Assembly (NCBI GenBank): GCA_963666485.2
Contig: CAXXUO010000008.1
Coordinates: 64,001 to 128,000 of the forward strand
Origin: Syntrophorhabdaceae bacterium
GTDB taxonomy: Bacteria; Desulfobacterota; Syntrophorhabdia; Syntrophorhabdales; Syntrophorhabdaceae
DNA length: 64,000 nt
Direction: 5' to 3'
Shown here: piece after piece, positions 41,115 to 51,862 of the stretch
Position numbering within the stretch: the first letter of the stretch is position 1
Layout: each line of letters starts with the position of its first letter
The notes under the pieces: generated by a model
Told to the model about the DNA's origin: nothing
The model's input: the letters and a program-made list of their open reading frames with translations, nothing else
Databases searched by the model: none
Program-made: the position numbers and the translations under genes

Positions 41115-42683
41115 ATGAAACATTTGATTATAGTGTTTCTCATCGCCGGGTCGCTTCTTCTTTTCTTCACGAACATCGGGGGCCGGGATTTCTGGGCCCC
41201 GGATGAGGGTGATTTCGCCGAGATCGTGAAAGAGCTGAACGGCAATCCGGTCGTACCGCATCTCAACAACACGCCGTACGGCGAGAAACCTCCCCTGTTC
41301 TATTACACTGCCTTCGCATTTACAAAAGCCTTTCCGTTTTTTCGTGATGAAACCTCAATGCGGCTCGCCCCGGCTTTCGCCGCACTTGTCACCCTCATCG
41401 GCTTTGTTCTCGTCACGCGGCGGGCATTCGGTCTTGAACGGTCGATAGTAAGCGCCGTTATCCTGGGACTCACCCCGCTTTTTTACTGGCAGGCGCGCTA
41501 TCTCCAGGTCGACATGGTCTTTTCGGCTGCCCTCGTTCTTGCGCTTCTTGCGTTCTTCAGATTCACGGAAGATGGCAGGGCACGGTGGTATTATTTATTC
41601 TTCATTTTGCTGGCCTTCGCATTCATGGCGAAAGGTCCGCTCTCGGTCGTGCTCGCCGTTCCCGTCATCGTTCTTCACCTGTTCTCCGAAAAGAGACCGT
41701 CCGTTATACTGACCCGGCACACCGTCTTCGGCATCCTCGTATTTCTCGCCGTTGTTCTTCCCTGGTACTGCGCCGTATACCTGAAAGAGGGGTACCCGTA
41801 CCTTTACGAGAATATCCTTCGCCAGAACTTCACGAGGTTTTTCGAGGCATGGAGCCACAAAAGGCCTTTCTATTATTATTTCACGACGCTTCCTCTCGAT
41901 TTTTTTCCCTGGTCTTTATTCCTGCCGCTCGGTATATACACTGCGTTCAAGACCTGGAGGACCGACAGTAAGACCCGTTTCTTCCTGTTGTGGTTCCTCT
42001 GGTTCTTTCTGTTTTTTTCCCTGTCCTCGGGAAAGATCAGCAAGTACATGCTTCCCGCCCTGCCGGCCCTCGCCGTTATCGTTTCAGGTCCGATGCTCAC
42101 CTGGAACAGGCTTTACAACAGGATCGCATTTTCGGTTGCCGCAATTCTTTTCCTCGGCCTCGGCGTGGGCCTCTTTGCTTATGTTCCTTCCCAGTACAGG
42201 GAATTCACGCCGGAACGGATCGTTCTCGGTGCCGCGGCGGTCTGCAGTTGTATTCTCGTTCTTGCTGCCGTTACGTTTTCATCGGCCCGGAAGGCCTTTG
42301 TGGTTATCGCCCTCTTCCTCGGTCTCGCATACATGATCGGCAACATATCCATCTTCGAAAAATTCAATCGCTATAAATCCCCGAAACCCGTTGCCGAAAA
42401 ATTGAGGTCCCTTGCCGGAGACACGACACCCTGGGTATATTATGGCAGTATGCGTGGAGTGTATGTATACTATGTCGGCAGATTTGCGGTGCATATCGAC
42501 GAACACGATGTAAAAGGCCTCAGGAGCTATGCGGACCGCGACGGAGAGTTTTACCTGCTCACCCGCCAGCGCGACGCCTGTGAGGTGAAAAAGGCAGTAC
42601 CCGATGCGGCCGTAGCCTCCCGGGATACGATCGGGGACACGGAGATGGTCATTTTTCACATTACAAAAAAGGGTAAGGGATAA
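41115..42683 (+). CDS. ArnT/PMT-family (GT-C) glycosyltransferase
   Basis: PDEGDFAE, YGEKPPLFY, AKGP; many TMs. Confidence 0.9.
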   Translation: MKHLIIVFLIAGSLLLFFTNIGGRDFWAPDEGDFAEIVKELNGNPVVPHLNNTPYGEKPPLFYYTAFAFTKAFPFFRDETSMRLAPAFAALVTLIGFVLVTRRAFGLERSIVSAVILGLTPLFYWQARYLQVDMVFSAALVLALLAFFRFTEDGRARWYYLFFILLAFAFMAKGPLSVVLAVPVIVLHLFSEKRPSVILTRHTVFGILVFLAVVLPWYCAVYLKEGYPYLYENILRQNFTRFFEAWSHKRPFYYYFTTLPLDFFPWSLFLPLGIYTAFKTWRTDSKTRFFLLWFLWFFLFFSLSSGKISKYMLPALPALAVIVSGPMLTWNRLYNRIAFSVAAILFLGLGVGLFAYVPSQYREFTPERIVLGAAAVCSCILVLAAVTFSSARKAFVVIALFLGLAYMIGNISIFEKFNRYKSPKPVAEKLRSLAGDTTPWVYYGSMRGVYVYYVGRFAVHIDEHDVKGLRSYADRDGEFYLLTRQRDACEVKKAVPDAAVASRDTIGDTEMVIFHITKKGKG

Positions 42684-42684
42684 T

Positions 42685-44331
42685 TTGACGGAACCGAAAA
42701 AAAAGCTTGCCGCATATATCGGTCTGCTTCTTGTTCTTTCTTACATCTTCCTTTTTGCGGGGCTTGGCTCCTATTCCTTAAAAGAGCCGGACGAGGGACG
42801 TTACGCGGAGATCCCGCGTGAAATGGTGGAAAGCGGCGACTACACGGTGCCCCGGCTGAACGACGTCCGGTACTTCGAGAAACCTCCCCTGCTTTACTGG
42901 GCCGCCGCCCTCTCCTACAAAGTATTCGGGGTCAGCGAATGGTCCTTCAGGTTCCCGAACGCTCTTGCCGCTGCCCTGTGCGTGTTCAGCCTTTTCTTTT
43001 TCGTGCGGCGATGGACCGATGACCTGGCAGCATTTCTCGGGTCCCTCGTTCTCCTGTCGTCGTTCGGTTTTTTCGCCATGGCCCGTATCGTCACGACCGA
43101 CATGGTGCTCACGTTCTGGCTCTTCCTGTCGCTCTTAAGTTTCTACGGCTATTATCGAGAGAGGTCCGCACCCCTTCTGTGGGTATTCTATGCAGCCATG
43201 GCGCTCGCGACCCTGACGAAAGGCCCCGTCGCCCCTGTGCTCCTTTGCGCTGCCCTCTTCATTTTCCTTGTCATGGAGGGCAAACTTGCCTTTGTCAGGG
43301 AGATGAAGCTCATGCGGGGTCTCGCGCTGTACCTCCTCATAGCGGCCCCGTGGTTTGTCGTGATCTCGATCAGGGAAAAGGAATTCTTCAATTTCTTTTT
43401 CATCGACCAGCACGTGCTGAGGTTTGTCTCGACGAAGCATAAGCGCAGCGGGCCGATCTATTATTTCATTCCCGTAATTTTCGGAGGAATGCTCCCCTGG
43501 TCGCTCTATATCCCGCGCGCGTTCTCCCTCGCCTGGAAAAGGAACGAATGCCGGCTTTTCGCGATCTGGTCAGCGCTTGTGTTCATATTTTTCAGTGTGT
43601 CAGGGTCCAAGCTCCCTCCCTATATTCTCCCTGTTTTTCCGGCGCTGGCACTATTGATCGCGGTTCTTTTTTACGAGCACAGGAATTCGCCGTTTAAACG
43701 CAACTGGGAGATAATAGGGAATGTCATAGTTATGGCCGTGTTCGCGCTGGCAATTTTCCTCTACCTGAGCCCGTCTTTCATGGCATCCATTGGCGACATT
43801 ACCATGGAATCCCGGGCAATTGCCCGAAGCCTTTTCTCTTTCGCGCTTACCGTCTCGGTGAGTGCGGCGGTCTGTTGTGTTCTTTTCCTGCTGCGGCCCA
43901 TGAGGGTTCCGAAAAATACGTTCGTGATCCTGACGCTCTTCTCCTTATCCATGATCATCGCGATCGTCACGCACTCCGGGATACTCGACAGGGTAAATAC
44001 CGCGAAGGACCTGGCGCTTGCGGTGAAGGCCCAAAAGGAACAGCCTGACCTCATCGTCAATTATTCCGCGCTCGATCTTACCCTCCCCTTTTACCTGCGA
44101 AGGCCTGTCGTCATCGCGTCGTATACCGGCGAGCTTCTCATGGGTGCACAATACGAAGACTCGCGGAAATACTTCATGGATGAAAAAGAATTTCTCGATA
44201 CCCTGGGTTCCGGGAAAAAGGTCCTTTTCGTAACGAAGTACAAGAGGATCGAAAATTTGCGGAATAAATTCCCCGGCCGCATAAAGGTCCTGAAATGCCA
44301 GAACGACCGATGCCTCCTTTCAAATTACTGA
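42685..44331 (+). CDS. ArnT-family (GT-C) glycosyltransferase
   Basis: PDEGRYAEIPREM, YFEKPPLLYW, TKGP, SKLPPYILP. Confidence 0.92.
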   Translation: MTEPKKKLAAYIGLLLVLSYIFLFAGLGSYSLKEPDEGRYAEIPREMVESGDYTVPRLNDVRYFEKPPLLYWAAALSYKVFGVSEWSFRFPNALAAALCVFSLFFFVRRWTDDLAAFLGSLVLLSSFGFFAMARIVTTDMVLTFWLFLSLLSFYGYYRERSAPLLWVFYAAMALATLTKGPVAPVLLCAALFIFLVMEGKLAFVREMKLMRGLALYLLIAAPWFVVISIREKEFFNFFFIDQHVLRFVSTKHKRSGPIYYFIPVIFGGMLPWSLYIPRAFSLAWKRNECRLFAIWSALVFIFFSVSGSKLPPYILPVFPALALLIAVLFYEHRNSPFKRNWEIIGNVIVMAVFALAIFLYLSPSFMASIGDITMESRAIARSLFSFALTVSVSAAVCCVLFLLRPMRVPKNTFVILTLFSLSMIIAIVTHSGILDRVNTAKDLALAVKAQKEQPDLIVNYSALDLTLPFYLRRPVVIASYTGELLMGAQYEDSRKYFMDEKEFLDTLGSGKKVLFVTKYKRIENLRNKFPGRIKVLKCQNDRCLLSNY

Positions 44332-45854
44332 TGAAGACAGGTCTTTGCGGTCGTCGAAAAAAGGCTTCCGTGTATGCCGTTGCCCTCTGTATATGCATCA
44401 TCTGTTTTCCCGGTATCTTTCACCTGCATACGGCATCCGGAGCGGACACGGGTCTCGCCAGCGATCTCAAAGCCATCGCCAGGGACCCGGGGATACATCC
44501 GGCAAAGATCGGGGTCGTCGTCGAATCGATGGGGACAGGGGAAAAGATCTTCGAGTTCAATCCCGACAAACCGCTGGTACCGGCGTCGAATATGAAGCTT
44601 CTCACCAGTGCTGCAGCGCTTATCGTGCTGACACCGGACTACAGGTATGAAACACGGCTCGTCACGAACGGAAGTGTTGAGGCAGGGGTACTGAGGGGGG
44701 ACCTCATTGTCGAAGGCTCGGGTGATCCCACCATCTCGGGATACTTCAACGACAACGACCCCGTATGGGTTTTCAAGGATTGGACAAAACGCCTGTCCGG
44801 TATGGGCATCAAGGAAATACGGGGCGATCTTTTCATTGACAACTCGGCATTTCCGGAAAAACCGTATGGCGACGGCTGGAATATGGACGACGTGAACCGC
44901 TGTTTCTGCGCCCCCCGGGATGCCTTCACCTTTAATAACAACTGCATTCAGCTCGAGATCGTCCCGTCGACACAGAAAGACCGGGATTTTCAATTCGTCA
45001 TGGAGCCCGTAAGCGACTACATACGGCTCGTGGACAAGCTCAATTCCCGGAAAGCTGCAGGGACAGGCACGGTCCGTCTTCATTACAAAGACGCGAGGAC
45101 GTTGCAGGTCGTTGGTTCCAGAAATCCCGGAAGTGCCGCGACGATCCACTACGTGCCCGTGCGCTATCCCGGCGAGTTCGGCGGGTTCGTTCTCAAGGAA
45201 ACACTCGCGGCCGGCGGGATCAGCGTAACAGGGAATGTACTGTGCTCGCGCAACTGCCCGAATACAGCAGATATCACGCAGCGAAAGAAGAACGGTCCGT
45301 TAAAAACGCTGGCAGTCTACCAATCCGTCAAACTCTCCGAGATAATCAAGGTCATCAACAAGCTCAGTAATAATCTCTATTCGGAAATGCTGCTTTTTAC
45401 GATCGGCAGGACGTCGGGCGCTGCGTATTCCACCGGGAAGGCGGCCTCCATCACCCTTGCGGCCCTGAACAACGCCGGGATCGCGACAGACGGCCTGGTA
45501 ATGGCCGACGGGTCAGGCCTGTCACGCTACAACCTTGTCACACCCCGGCAATTCACCCGGTTATTGCAGGTCATGGCTGCCGGCCCCTATTCCGCTCATT
45601 TCTATGAATCCCTCCCCATCATGAGCATCGACGGGACACTCAAGCGCCGCCTCAAAGGTTCACGCGCATCCGGCCTCATACGCGCCAAGACCGGCACAAT
45701 AAACGGCGTCCGCAGCCTCTCCGGCTACCTGACCACATACAACAACGAAAACCTCGTTTTCTCGATCATATCCAACGGCCACCCGTCAACCGCGGCAATA
45801 GACAGGGTGGTGGACAAGATCATTTTGAGGCTGCTGGAGTATGAAAAACCGTAA
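44331..45854 (+). CDS. dacB: D-Ala-D-Ala carboxypeptidase/endopeptidase PBP4
   Basis: PASNMK (SxxK), GSGDP, SNN, DGSGLSR, KTGT. Confidence 0.93.
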   Translation: MKTGLCGRRKKASVYAVALCICIICFPGIFHLHTASGADTGLASDLKAIARDPGIHPAKIGVVVESMGTGEKIFEFNPDKPLVPASNMKLLTSAAALIVLTPDYRYETRLVTNGSVEAGVLRGDLIVEGSGDPTISGYFNDNDPVWVFKDWTKRLSGMGIKEIRGDLFIDNSAFPEKPYGDGWNMDDVNRCFCAPRDAFTFNNNCIQLEIVPSTQKDRDFQFVMEPVSDYIRLVDKLNSRKAAGTGTVRLHYKDARTLQVVGSRNPGSAATIHYVPVRYPGEFGGFVLKETLAAGGISVTGNVLCSRNCPNTADITQRKKNGPLKTLAVYQSVKLSEIIKVINKLSNNLYSEMLLFTIGRTSGAAYSTGKAASITLAALNNAGIATDGLVMADGSGLSRYNLVTPRQFTRLLQVMAAGPYSAHFYESLPIMSIDGTLKRRLKGSRASGLIRAKTGTINGVRSLSGYLTTYNNENLVFSIISNGHPSTAAIDRVVDKIILRLLEYEKP

Positions 45855-45866
45855 TACATAAAAACG

Positions 45867-45997
45867 GTTCCACGTTCCATGTTCCACGTTCCACGTTAAA
45901 AAAATCCAGATCCCTAGTCTTGAGAGCCTCCACATCGGAACACGATACACGATTTGTTTTTCTTCTAACGTGGAACGTGGAACATGGAACGTGGAAC
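45867..45997. repeat. Inverted heptamer arms GTTCCAC/GTGGAAC
   Basis: About 4 copies per arm, between convergent genes; each arm has a one-base variant unit (GTTCCAT/ATGGAAC). Confidence 0.9.
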
Positions 45998-46005
45998 CAA
46001 AATCT

Positions 46006-46761
46006 TTATCGGACTATTCTCTTCCTCATAAAGTGAAACGGCAGCGGCGAGAGGACCATTGCCACGACAACTATCCACACGATCCCCTCCACGGCCGCGC
46101 ACGCGTGGCCTGCGGCGAGGGAACGGCAGACGTTGGTCAGGTGGTAAAGTGGAGTGAACCACGCTATTTTCGCGACGAAAGGAGGCAGGGTGTCGAGGGG
46201 GAAGAATATGCCGGAAAAAAGGAACATGGGGGACATGAAAAGAGTGTAAAAATAATTGAGCGAATCGACCCCGGGGACGAGCGCAACACATACGAGGGAT
46301 ATCTCGGCGAATATGAGGCCGCTCAGGAACAGGATGGGAATGACGATAAGGATAAGGGGTGAATCGACGAGGCGGAACGCGCTTATCGTGCCTATGATGA
46401 TCATGCCGTACAGGACGCTTTTGCTTGCACCCCACATCATCTCACCCGCTATGAGATCGTCTATGTTGACAGGGGTCGAGAGGATCGCATCGAAGGTCTT
46501 CTGGTAAAATATCCTGACGTAGGTAGCATACGTGCATTCATACACCGTCGCGAACATCGATGACGATGCGATGATCCCGGGGGCGATGAAGTTGATGTAG
46601 GGGCGTCCCTGCACCTCAGTGATGTATCCCCCGAGGCCGAGGCCGAGCGCGACAAGATAGAGGACCGGCTCGACGAAATTGAGGGCAACGCTCGAGAGAT
46701 AAAGCTTGGTATAGACGGTCAGATGTCTTTGCCACACCCGGTAGGCGCGTTTAATTTTCAA
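46006..46761 (-). CDS. ABC-2 type permease (NodJ-like)
   Basis: FIAPGIIASSSM, PMFLFSGIFFP, PLYH. Confidence 0.9.
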   Translation of the reverse strand: MKIKRAYRVWQRHLTVYTKLYLSSVALNFVEPVLYLVALGLGLGGYITEVQGRPYINFIAPGIIASSSMFATVYECTYATYVRIFYQKTFDAILSTPVNIDDLIAGEMMWGASKSVLYGMIIIGTISAFRLVDSPLILIVIPILFLSGLIFAEISLVCVALVPGVDSLNYFYTLFMSPMFLFSGIFFPLDTLPPFVAKIAWFTPLYHLTNVCRSLAAGHACAAVEGIVWIVVVAMVLSPLPFHFMRKRIVR

Positions 46762-47482
46762 GTTTATGCCCCGTTAGCTTAAGATAGACCGCCTCGAGGT
46801 TCCCCCCGTGCTCCTGCATCAATTCCTCAGGCGAGGCAACGATGATGATCTTGCCCCTGTCCATGATCGCCACCCGGTCGCAGAGCCTTTCGGCCTCTTC
46901 CATGTAGTGTGTCGTAAGGAGCAGGGTCTTGCCTTTCTCCTGCAGGTCTTCGAGGCGCTTCCAGACTGTCTGCCTGCTGTGCGGGTCAAGCCCCGTTGTC
47001 GGCTCGTCAAGTATGATGATCTCGGGATCGTTGACAAGAGACCTCACAAGGAGAAGGCTCCTTTTCATGCCTCCCGACAGGCTCCTGATATTCTCATTCA
47101 TTTTTTCGGTCAGCCCTACGGAATCGAGGAGCTGCCGGGCCAGCGGGGCAGACCTCTTTTTTGGTATGTCGAAATACCTGGCGTATACAACGAGGTTCTG
47201 CATGACAGAGAGATCGGGGTCGAGGCTGTCGTCCTGTGGCATGACGCCTATCCGTGATTTTATCAGGCTCGGATCTTTCATGACATCATGGCCGAGGACC
47301 GTGACGGAGCCCGCGGTCGGCGGCATGAAGCAATACAGGATACGCATGATCGTCGTCTTTCCCGCACCGTTCGGGCCGAGGAACCCGAAAAACTCTCCTT
47401 TGTTTATCACGAAATCGACGTTATCGACCGCCCGGAAATGGTCGTAATCCTTGGTCAGGTTCTTCGCCGTAATTATTTCCAT
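46751..47482 (-). CDS. ABC transporter ATP-binding protein (NodI-like)
   Basis: GPNGAGKTT, LSGGMKR, DEPTTGLDP, TTHYMEEAE. Confidence 0.92.
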   Translation of the reverse strand: MEIITAKNLTKDYDHFRAVDNVDFVINKGEFFGFLGPNGAGKTTIMRILYCFMPPTAGSVTVLGHDVMKDPSLIKSRIGVMPQDDSLDPDLSVMQNLVVYARYFDIPKKRSAPLARQLLDSVGLTEKMNENIRSLSGGMKRSLLLVRSLVNDPEIIILDEPTTGLDPHSRQTVWKRLEDLQEKGKTLLLTTHYMEEAERLCDRVAIMDRGKIIIVASPEELMQEHGGNLEAVYLKLTGHKLEN

Positions 47483-47550
47483 AGAAGATAGTATAATCAC
47501 AGAACCGGAAAACAGGTCGAGGAAAATATTTGATAATACTTGTGGTGCGG

Positions 47551-47677
47551 CGTCATTCCGGCTTGCCGGAATCCAGCGTCTTTGTCTTTTATTCAGTGAT
47601 AATAAACCAGCTCATTACGCCCTCCGGAAACAGCCATAAAGACACGGGATTCCGCCGCAAAAGCCGGCGGAATGACG
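47551..47677. repeat. CGTC-type REP-like palindrome dimer
   Basis: CGTCATTCCGGCTTGCCGGAATCCAG...GGATTCCGCC..GGCGGAATGACG. Confidence 0.85.
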
Positions 47678-47741
47678 ATCCAGGTTGAGACGGGATGGCA
47701 ACTGGAAGTTATGATACTACAAATTGCGGCCTGCGAAGGCG

Positions 47742-49310
47742 TCAGGCGTGCCGTTTATTTTTGACGGGTTTCGCGTCGGTGATCTCCGCTACCGGCAGTG
47801 TCGCGATGTCAATGAACCGCTGGCGCCAGGTGTCGTTGTCCCTCAGCAGGTCATCGACACGGGAAAAAACGTTCTCGACAAAGACCTCCCTCTCCTCCAG
47901 TTGCTTCCTGATGCCGTACCGGATCGAATTGCGTTCGTCGTTGTTCAGGTGGTTTATGACATTCTTCGTTGTCAGGATCGTCCCGTACCGGGAGAGGTTT
48001 GAAAGCCGCGAAGCATAATTGATCGTATCGCCGAGGGCCGTGAACTCGATGTTCGTCGATGAGGGCGTCGTTGTACTGAAATATTCCTGCCCCTCGTTGA
48101 TACCCATGTTGAGGTGGAGGTCGTTGAGCCATCTCTTTCGGGCCTTCCACTCGGCCGAGAAATCCGCCATCTTCTCCCGGATAGACAGCGCACAGTTTAT
48201 GGAATTCATGAGATATCCCGGGTCCTGTTTCTTCAGGAAATAATACACGACCCCGTCGCCGATCCGTTTGCCGTAAATCCCATGGTATGCCTTGAAAGAT
48301 TCTTCCAGTATCTTCCACATACTGTTTATCAGCTCGAAATACTCCTCGGGTGGAAGCTCTGCACATATCCGGACCGAATTCTGCAGGTCCGCGACAAGAA
48401 CGCTGAACGATACAAGGGTGGGCAGGCGCTGCTGGAGCAGGTCACGGACCACGGTCTCGCGGTCTGACAGGAATTCCGCGATGCCCGATTGCGCCTTTTC
48501 CGCTTTTTGATAGAGGAAAAACATTCCCTCGCGAAAGAATGTCGTGTACACCACGAATTTTTCCGCGTTGCCATTGGTCCCTTCTATATCGAGGTAATTT
48601 CTGTGTACTTTTTCCGGCAACACCCTCGGCGCACGCTCATACACGGACTCGAGATACTGTGTTTCCCTTCCGGACATCCCTGTATACATCTGGCCCAGGT
48701 GTTCCTTGTCCATCTTCATACGATAGAAACCCATATGGTATTCGACGACCCCTTCCCAATTCTTCACGAAATGATTGAATTCCCAGCTGAGGAACAGGCG
48801 AAAGACGTTCCGGAGCTCGACGTCCCTGATCGAACGGATGGATTTGCCGAAAATTGTCTTCTCCGCGTGCTCGTTCACCCACTCTATCTCAAATTCATAA
48901 TTGAGAAGGTAGGCGGGCGTCTTGATATCATCGAGTGTCAGGTTCAAGCTGTCATTCGTCATCTCAATGGGCCTCAGTCCTTTTTCAACGAGAAGTGAAT
49001 TCGCAAAGCTGCGGCGGTCAGGTCCAAGATACACGGCCGGTCCGACTTCCTGTGCAATTGCGTCCATGGCCTTACCCTTCTCTTTGAGTTTCTTGATCTC
49101 CGTTATTGTGTCTAAGACAGTTTCCGGGAAGTAGCCGATCTTTTTCGTGCCTTTCAGGTCCTTCGATGCGTTCTTCACCAGCGGCTTCGGGATGATGCCC
49201 CTTTTGATGTAATTGTTCAGGGTTGCACGTGATATCGCGGATCTCTTGAGAAGTTCCTTGCTGTCAATCCACTTGTGGCCGTTCAGTTCCCCCATGCCAA
49301 AAACCCCCAT
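47742..49310 (-). CDS. MerR-like HTH fused to a class III adenylate/guanylate cyclase domain
   Basis: N-term ELLKRSAISRATLNNYIKRGIIPKP; C-term VADLQNS, GKRIGDG, FTALGDTINYASRL. Confidence 0.85.
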   Translation of the reverse strand: MGVFGMGELNGHKWIDSKELLKRSAISRATLNNYIKRGIIPKPLVKNASKDLKGTKKIGYFPETVLDTITEIKKLKEKGKAMDAIAQEVGPAVYLGPDRRSFANSLLVEKGLRPIEMTNDSLNLTLDDIKTPAYLLNYEFEIEWVNEHAEKTIFGKSIRSIRDVELRNVFRLFLSWEFNHFVKNWEGVVEYHMGFYRMKMDKEHLGQMYTGMSGRETQYLESVYERAPRVLPEKVHRNYLDIEGTNGNAEKFVVYTTFFREGMFFLYQKAEKAQSGIAEFLSDRETVVRDLLQQRLPTLVSFSVLVADLQNSVRICAELPPEEYFELINSMWKILEESFKAYHGIYGKRIGDGVVYYFLKKQDPGYLMNSINCALSIREKMADFSAEWKARKRWLNDLHLNMGINEGQEYFSTTTPSSTNIEFTALGDTINYASRLSNLSRYGTILTTKNVINHLNNDERNSIRYGIRKQLEEREVFVENVFSRVDDLLRDNDTWRQRFIDIATLPVAEITDAKPVKNKRHA

Positions 49311-49343
49311 TTATCCCCAGCGCTGTCGATACAATTTACATAA

Positions 49344-49390
49344 TTATACAGTCTAAATGAATTGTCAAGAAAAAAGTTATACAGTCTAAA
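49344..49390. promoter_or_regulatory. 14-bp direct repeat TTATACAGTCTAAA x2 flanking a minus-strand TTGACA, upstream of the HTH-cyclase gene
   Basis: Copies at 49344-49357 and 49377-49390. Confidence 0.55.
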
Positions 49391-49412
49391 ACTACCGTAA
49401 GACCCCAGCCGC

Positions 49413-49442
49413 CGTCATCCCGGTGCTTGACACCGGGATCCA
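49413..49442. repeat. CGTC-type REP-like palindrome, left arm of the dimer interrupted by IS110
   Basis: Perfect 30-bp inverted match to 50714-50743. Confidence 0.92.
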
Positions 49443-49504
49443 GTGTCTTTGTATTTATTTCTTGGATTCGGGTGTGCACTACTTGAAGGTGTCACGATAA
49501 ATAA

Positions 49505-50680
<1,176 letters not shown>

Positions 50681-50692
50681 AGAAGAAATCAG

Positions 50693-50713
50693 TTGACATC
50701 GAACACAGTTGCT
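50693..50713 (+). promoter_or_regulatory. -35 half (TTGACA) of the IS110 circle-junction promoter; -10 half TATGAT at 49535-49540
   Basis: Joining the ends at CT gives TTGACA-17 bp-TATGAT. Confidence 0.85.
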
Positions 50714-50743
50714 TGGATCCCGGTGTCAAGCACCGGGATGACG
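50714..50743. repeat. CGTC-type REP-like palindrome, right arm
   Basis: TGGATCCCGGTGTCAAGCACCGGGATGACG abuts the IS110 right end. Confidence 0.92.
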
Positions 50744-50809
50744 AGACTGGTAAAGGTACAGGATAAAGCAGTTTGTCATTACGCCATCAGCCTCACTCCT
50801 AACCCCTAC

Positions 50810-50835
50810 AAAAAAGGCAGGCTATGAGCCTGCCT
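50810..50835 (-). terminator. Intrinsic terminator after etfA
   Basis: AAAAAAGGCAGGC-TATGA-GCCTGCCT. Confidence 0.7.
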
Positions 50836-50866
50836 CTCTTAGACACTATCAAACTTAATTACGCTT

Positions 50867-51847
50867 TCAGGATTCTTCCCGGACTCTTTTCAATTCTTCT
50901 TTCAATGCGGGGAGCACGGTGAAGACGTCGTCAACGATACCGTAATCCGCGTATTGAAATATGGGGGCGTTCGGGTCTTTATTTATGGCAACGATCACCT
51001 TCGAGGTGTCCATGCCCATGATGTGATGCAGTGCGCCGGAGATCCCGCAGCCGATATACAGTTTCGGGGAAACGGTCTTTCCGCTTTTCCCGATCTGGTC
51101 GTCATATTCTCTCCACTTGCTGTCGACAACCGTCCGGGATGCGCCGACGCGGCCTCCCATAAGATCTCCGATCTCCTCGAGCAGTGAGAAGTGCTCGGCA
51201 GCCTTCATTCCCCTGCCGCCGCAAATGATGAAGTCTGCCTCCTGGAGGTCGACCTTCTTCGATTCCGCCTTCGCAAGAGAAATGACCTTGATGCCGGGGT
51301 TTTTCTGAATGCTCGCCTTTTCTTCCACGATCTCGCCAGGCGGGCCTGCTTCATTCACGGCGAAAGAGTTTGGCCTGAACGTTGCGATCAGCATCGCGTC
51401 GGAACGGGGGGCAACCCACGAGATCACCTTGCCGCCGTAAAGAGGTTTCTTTAACTTTATCCCATCGCTTGCGAGGTCGAGTCCCACCGCATCTGAGACC
51501 ATGGCTGTCTGAAAACGTGCTGCGATCCTCGGGAAAAGGTCCTTGCCCGTCATGGACGACGTGCCGAGAACGATCGCGGGTTCATATTTTTTCAACATCT
51601 CCTCGAGAACGGAGCTCGTCAGGTCCCAGCCGTAATCGGCCAGTGCCCCGTCATCGACAACGATCGTCTTGTCGCAATAACCGCTCACAACCCCGGCCAC
51701 GTTCTTCACGTCCGATCCTATGACGACCCCCAGGAGGGAGGACGACAATTTCCCGGCGACCTGCCGGCCTGCGGACAACAATTCCAGCGACGCCTTCCTC
51801 GGCATCGCGTCTTTATATTCAACAAATACCAGAACATCCTTGCTCAT
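50867..51847 (-). CDS. etfA: Electron transfer flavoprotein alpha subunit
   Basis: GGRGM, GASR, QIGKSGKTVSP, GISGA, INKDPNAPIF. Confidence 0.95.
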   Translation of the reverse strand: MSKDVLVFVEYKDAMPRKASLELLSAGRQVAGKLSSSLLGVVIGSDVKNVAGVVSGYCDKTIVVDDGALADYGWDLTSSVLEEMLKKYEPAIVLGTSSMTGKDLFPRIAARFQTAMVSDAVGLDLASDGIKLKKPLYGGKVISWVAPRSDAMLIATFRPNSFAVNEAGPPGEIVEEKASIQKNPGIKVISLAKAESKKVDLQEADFIICGGRGMKAAEHFSLLEEIGDLMGGRVGASRTVVDSKWREYDDQIGKSGKTVSPKLYIGCGISGALHHIMGMDTSKVIVAINKDPNAPIFQYADYGIVDDVFTVLPALKEELKRVREES

Positions 51848-51862
51848 GGTGAACCCTCCTCC

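Noticed and set aside
49461..49467. CTTGGAT as the IS110 left boundary (apparent 7-bp target duplication with 50712-50718)
   Set aside because: A boundary at 49531 matches both guide loops and gives a TATGAT -10 at 17-bp spacing; 49461 gives neither. IS110 elements do not typically make such duplications.
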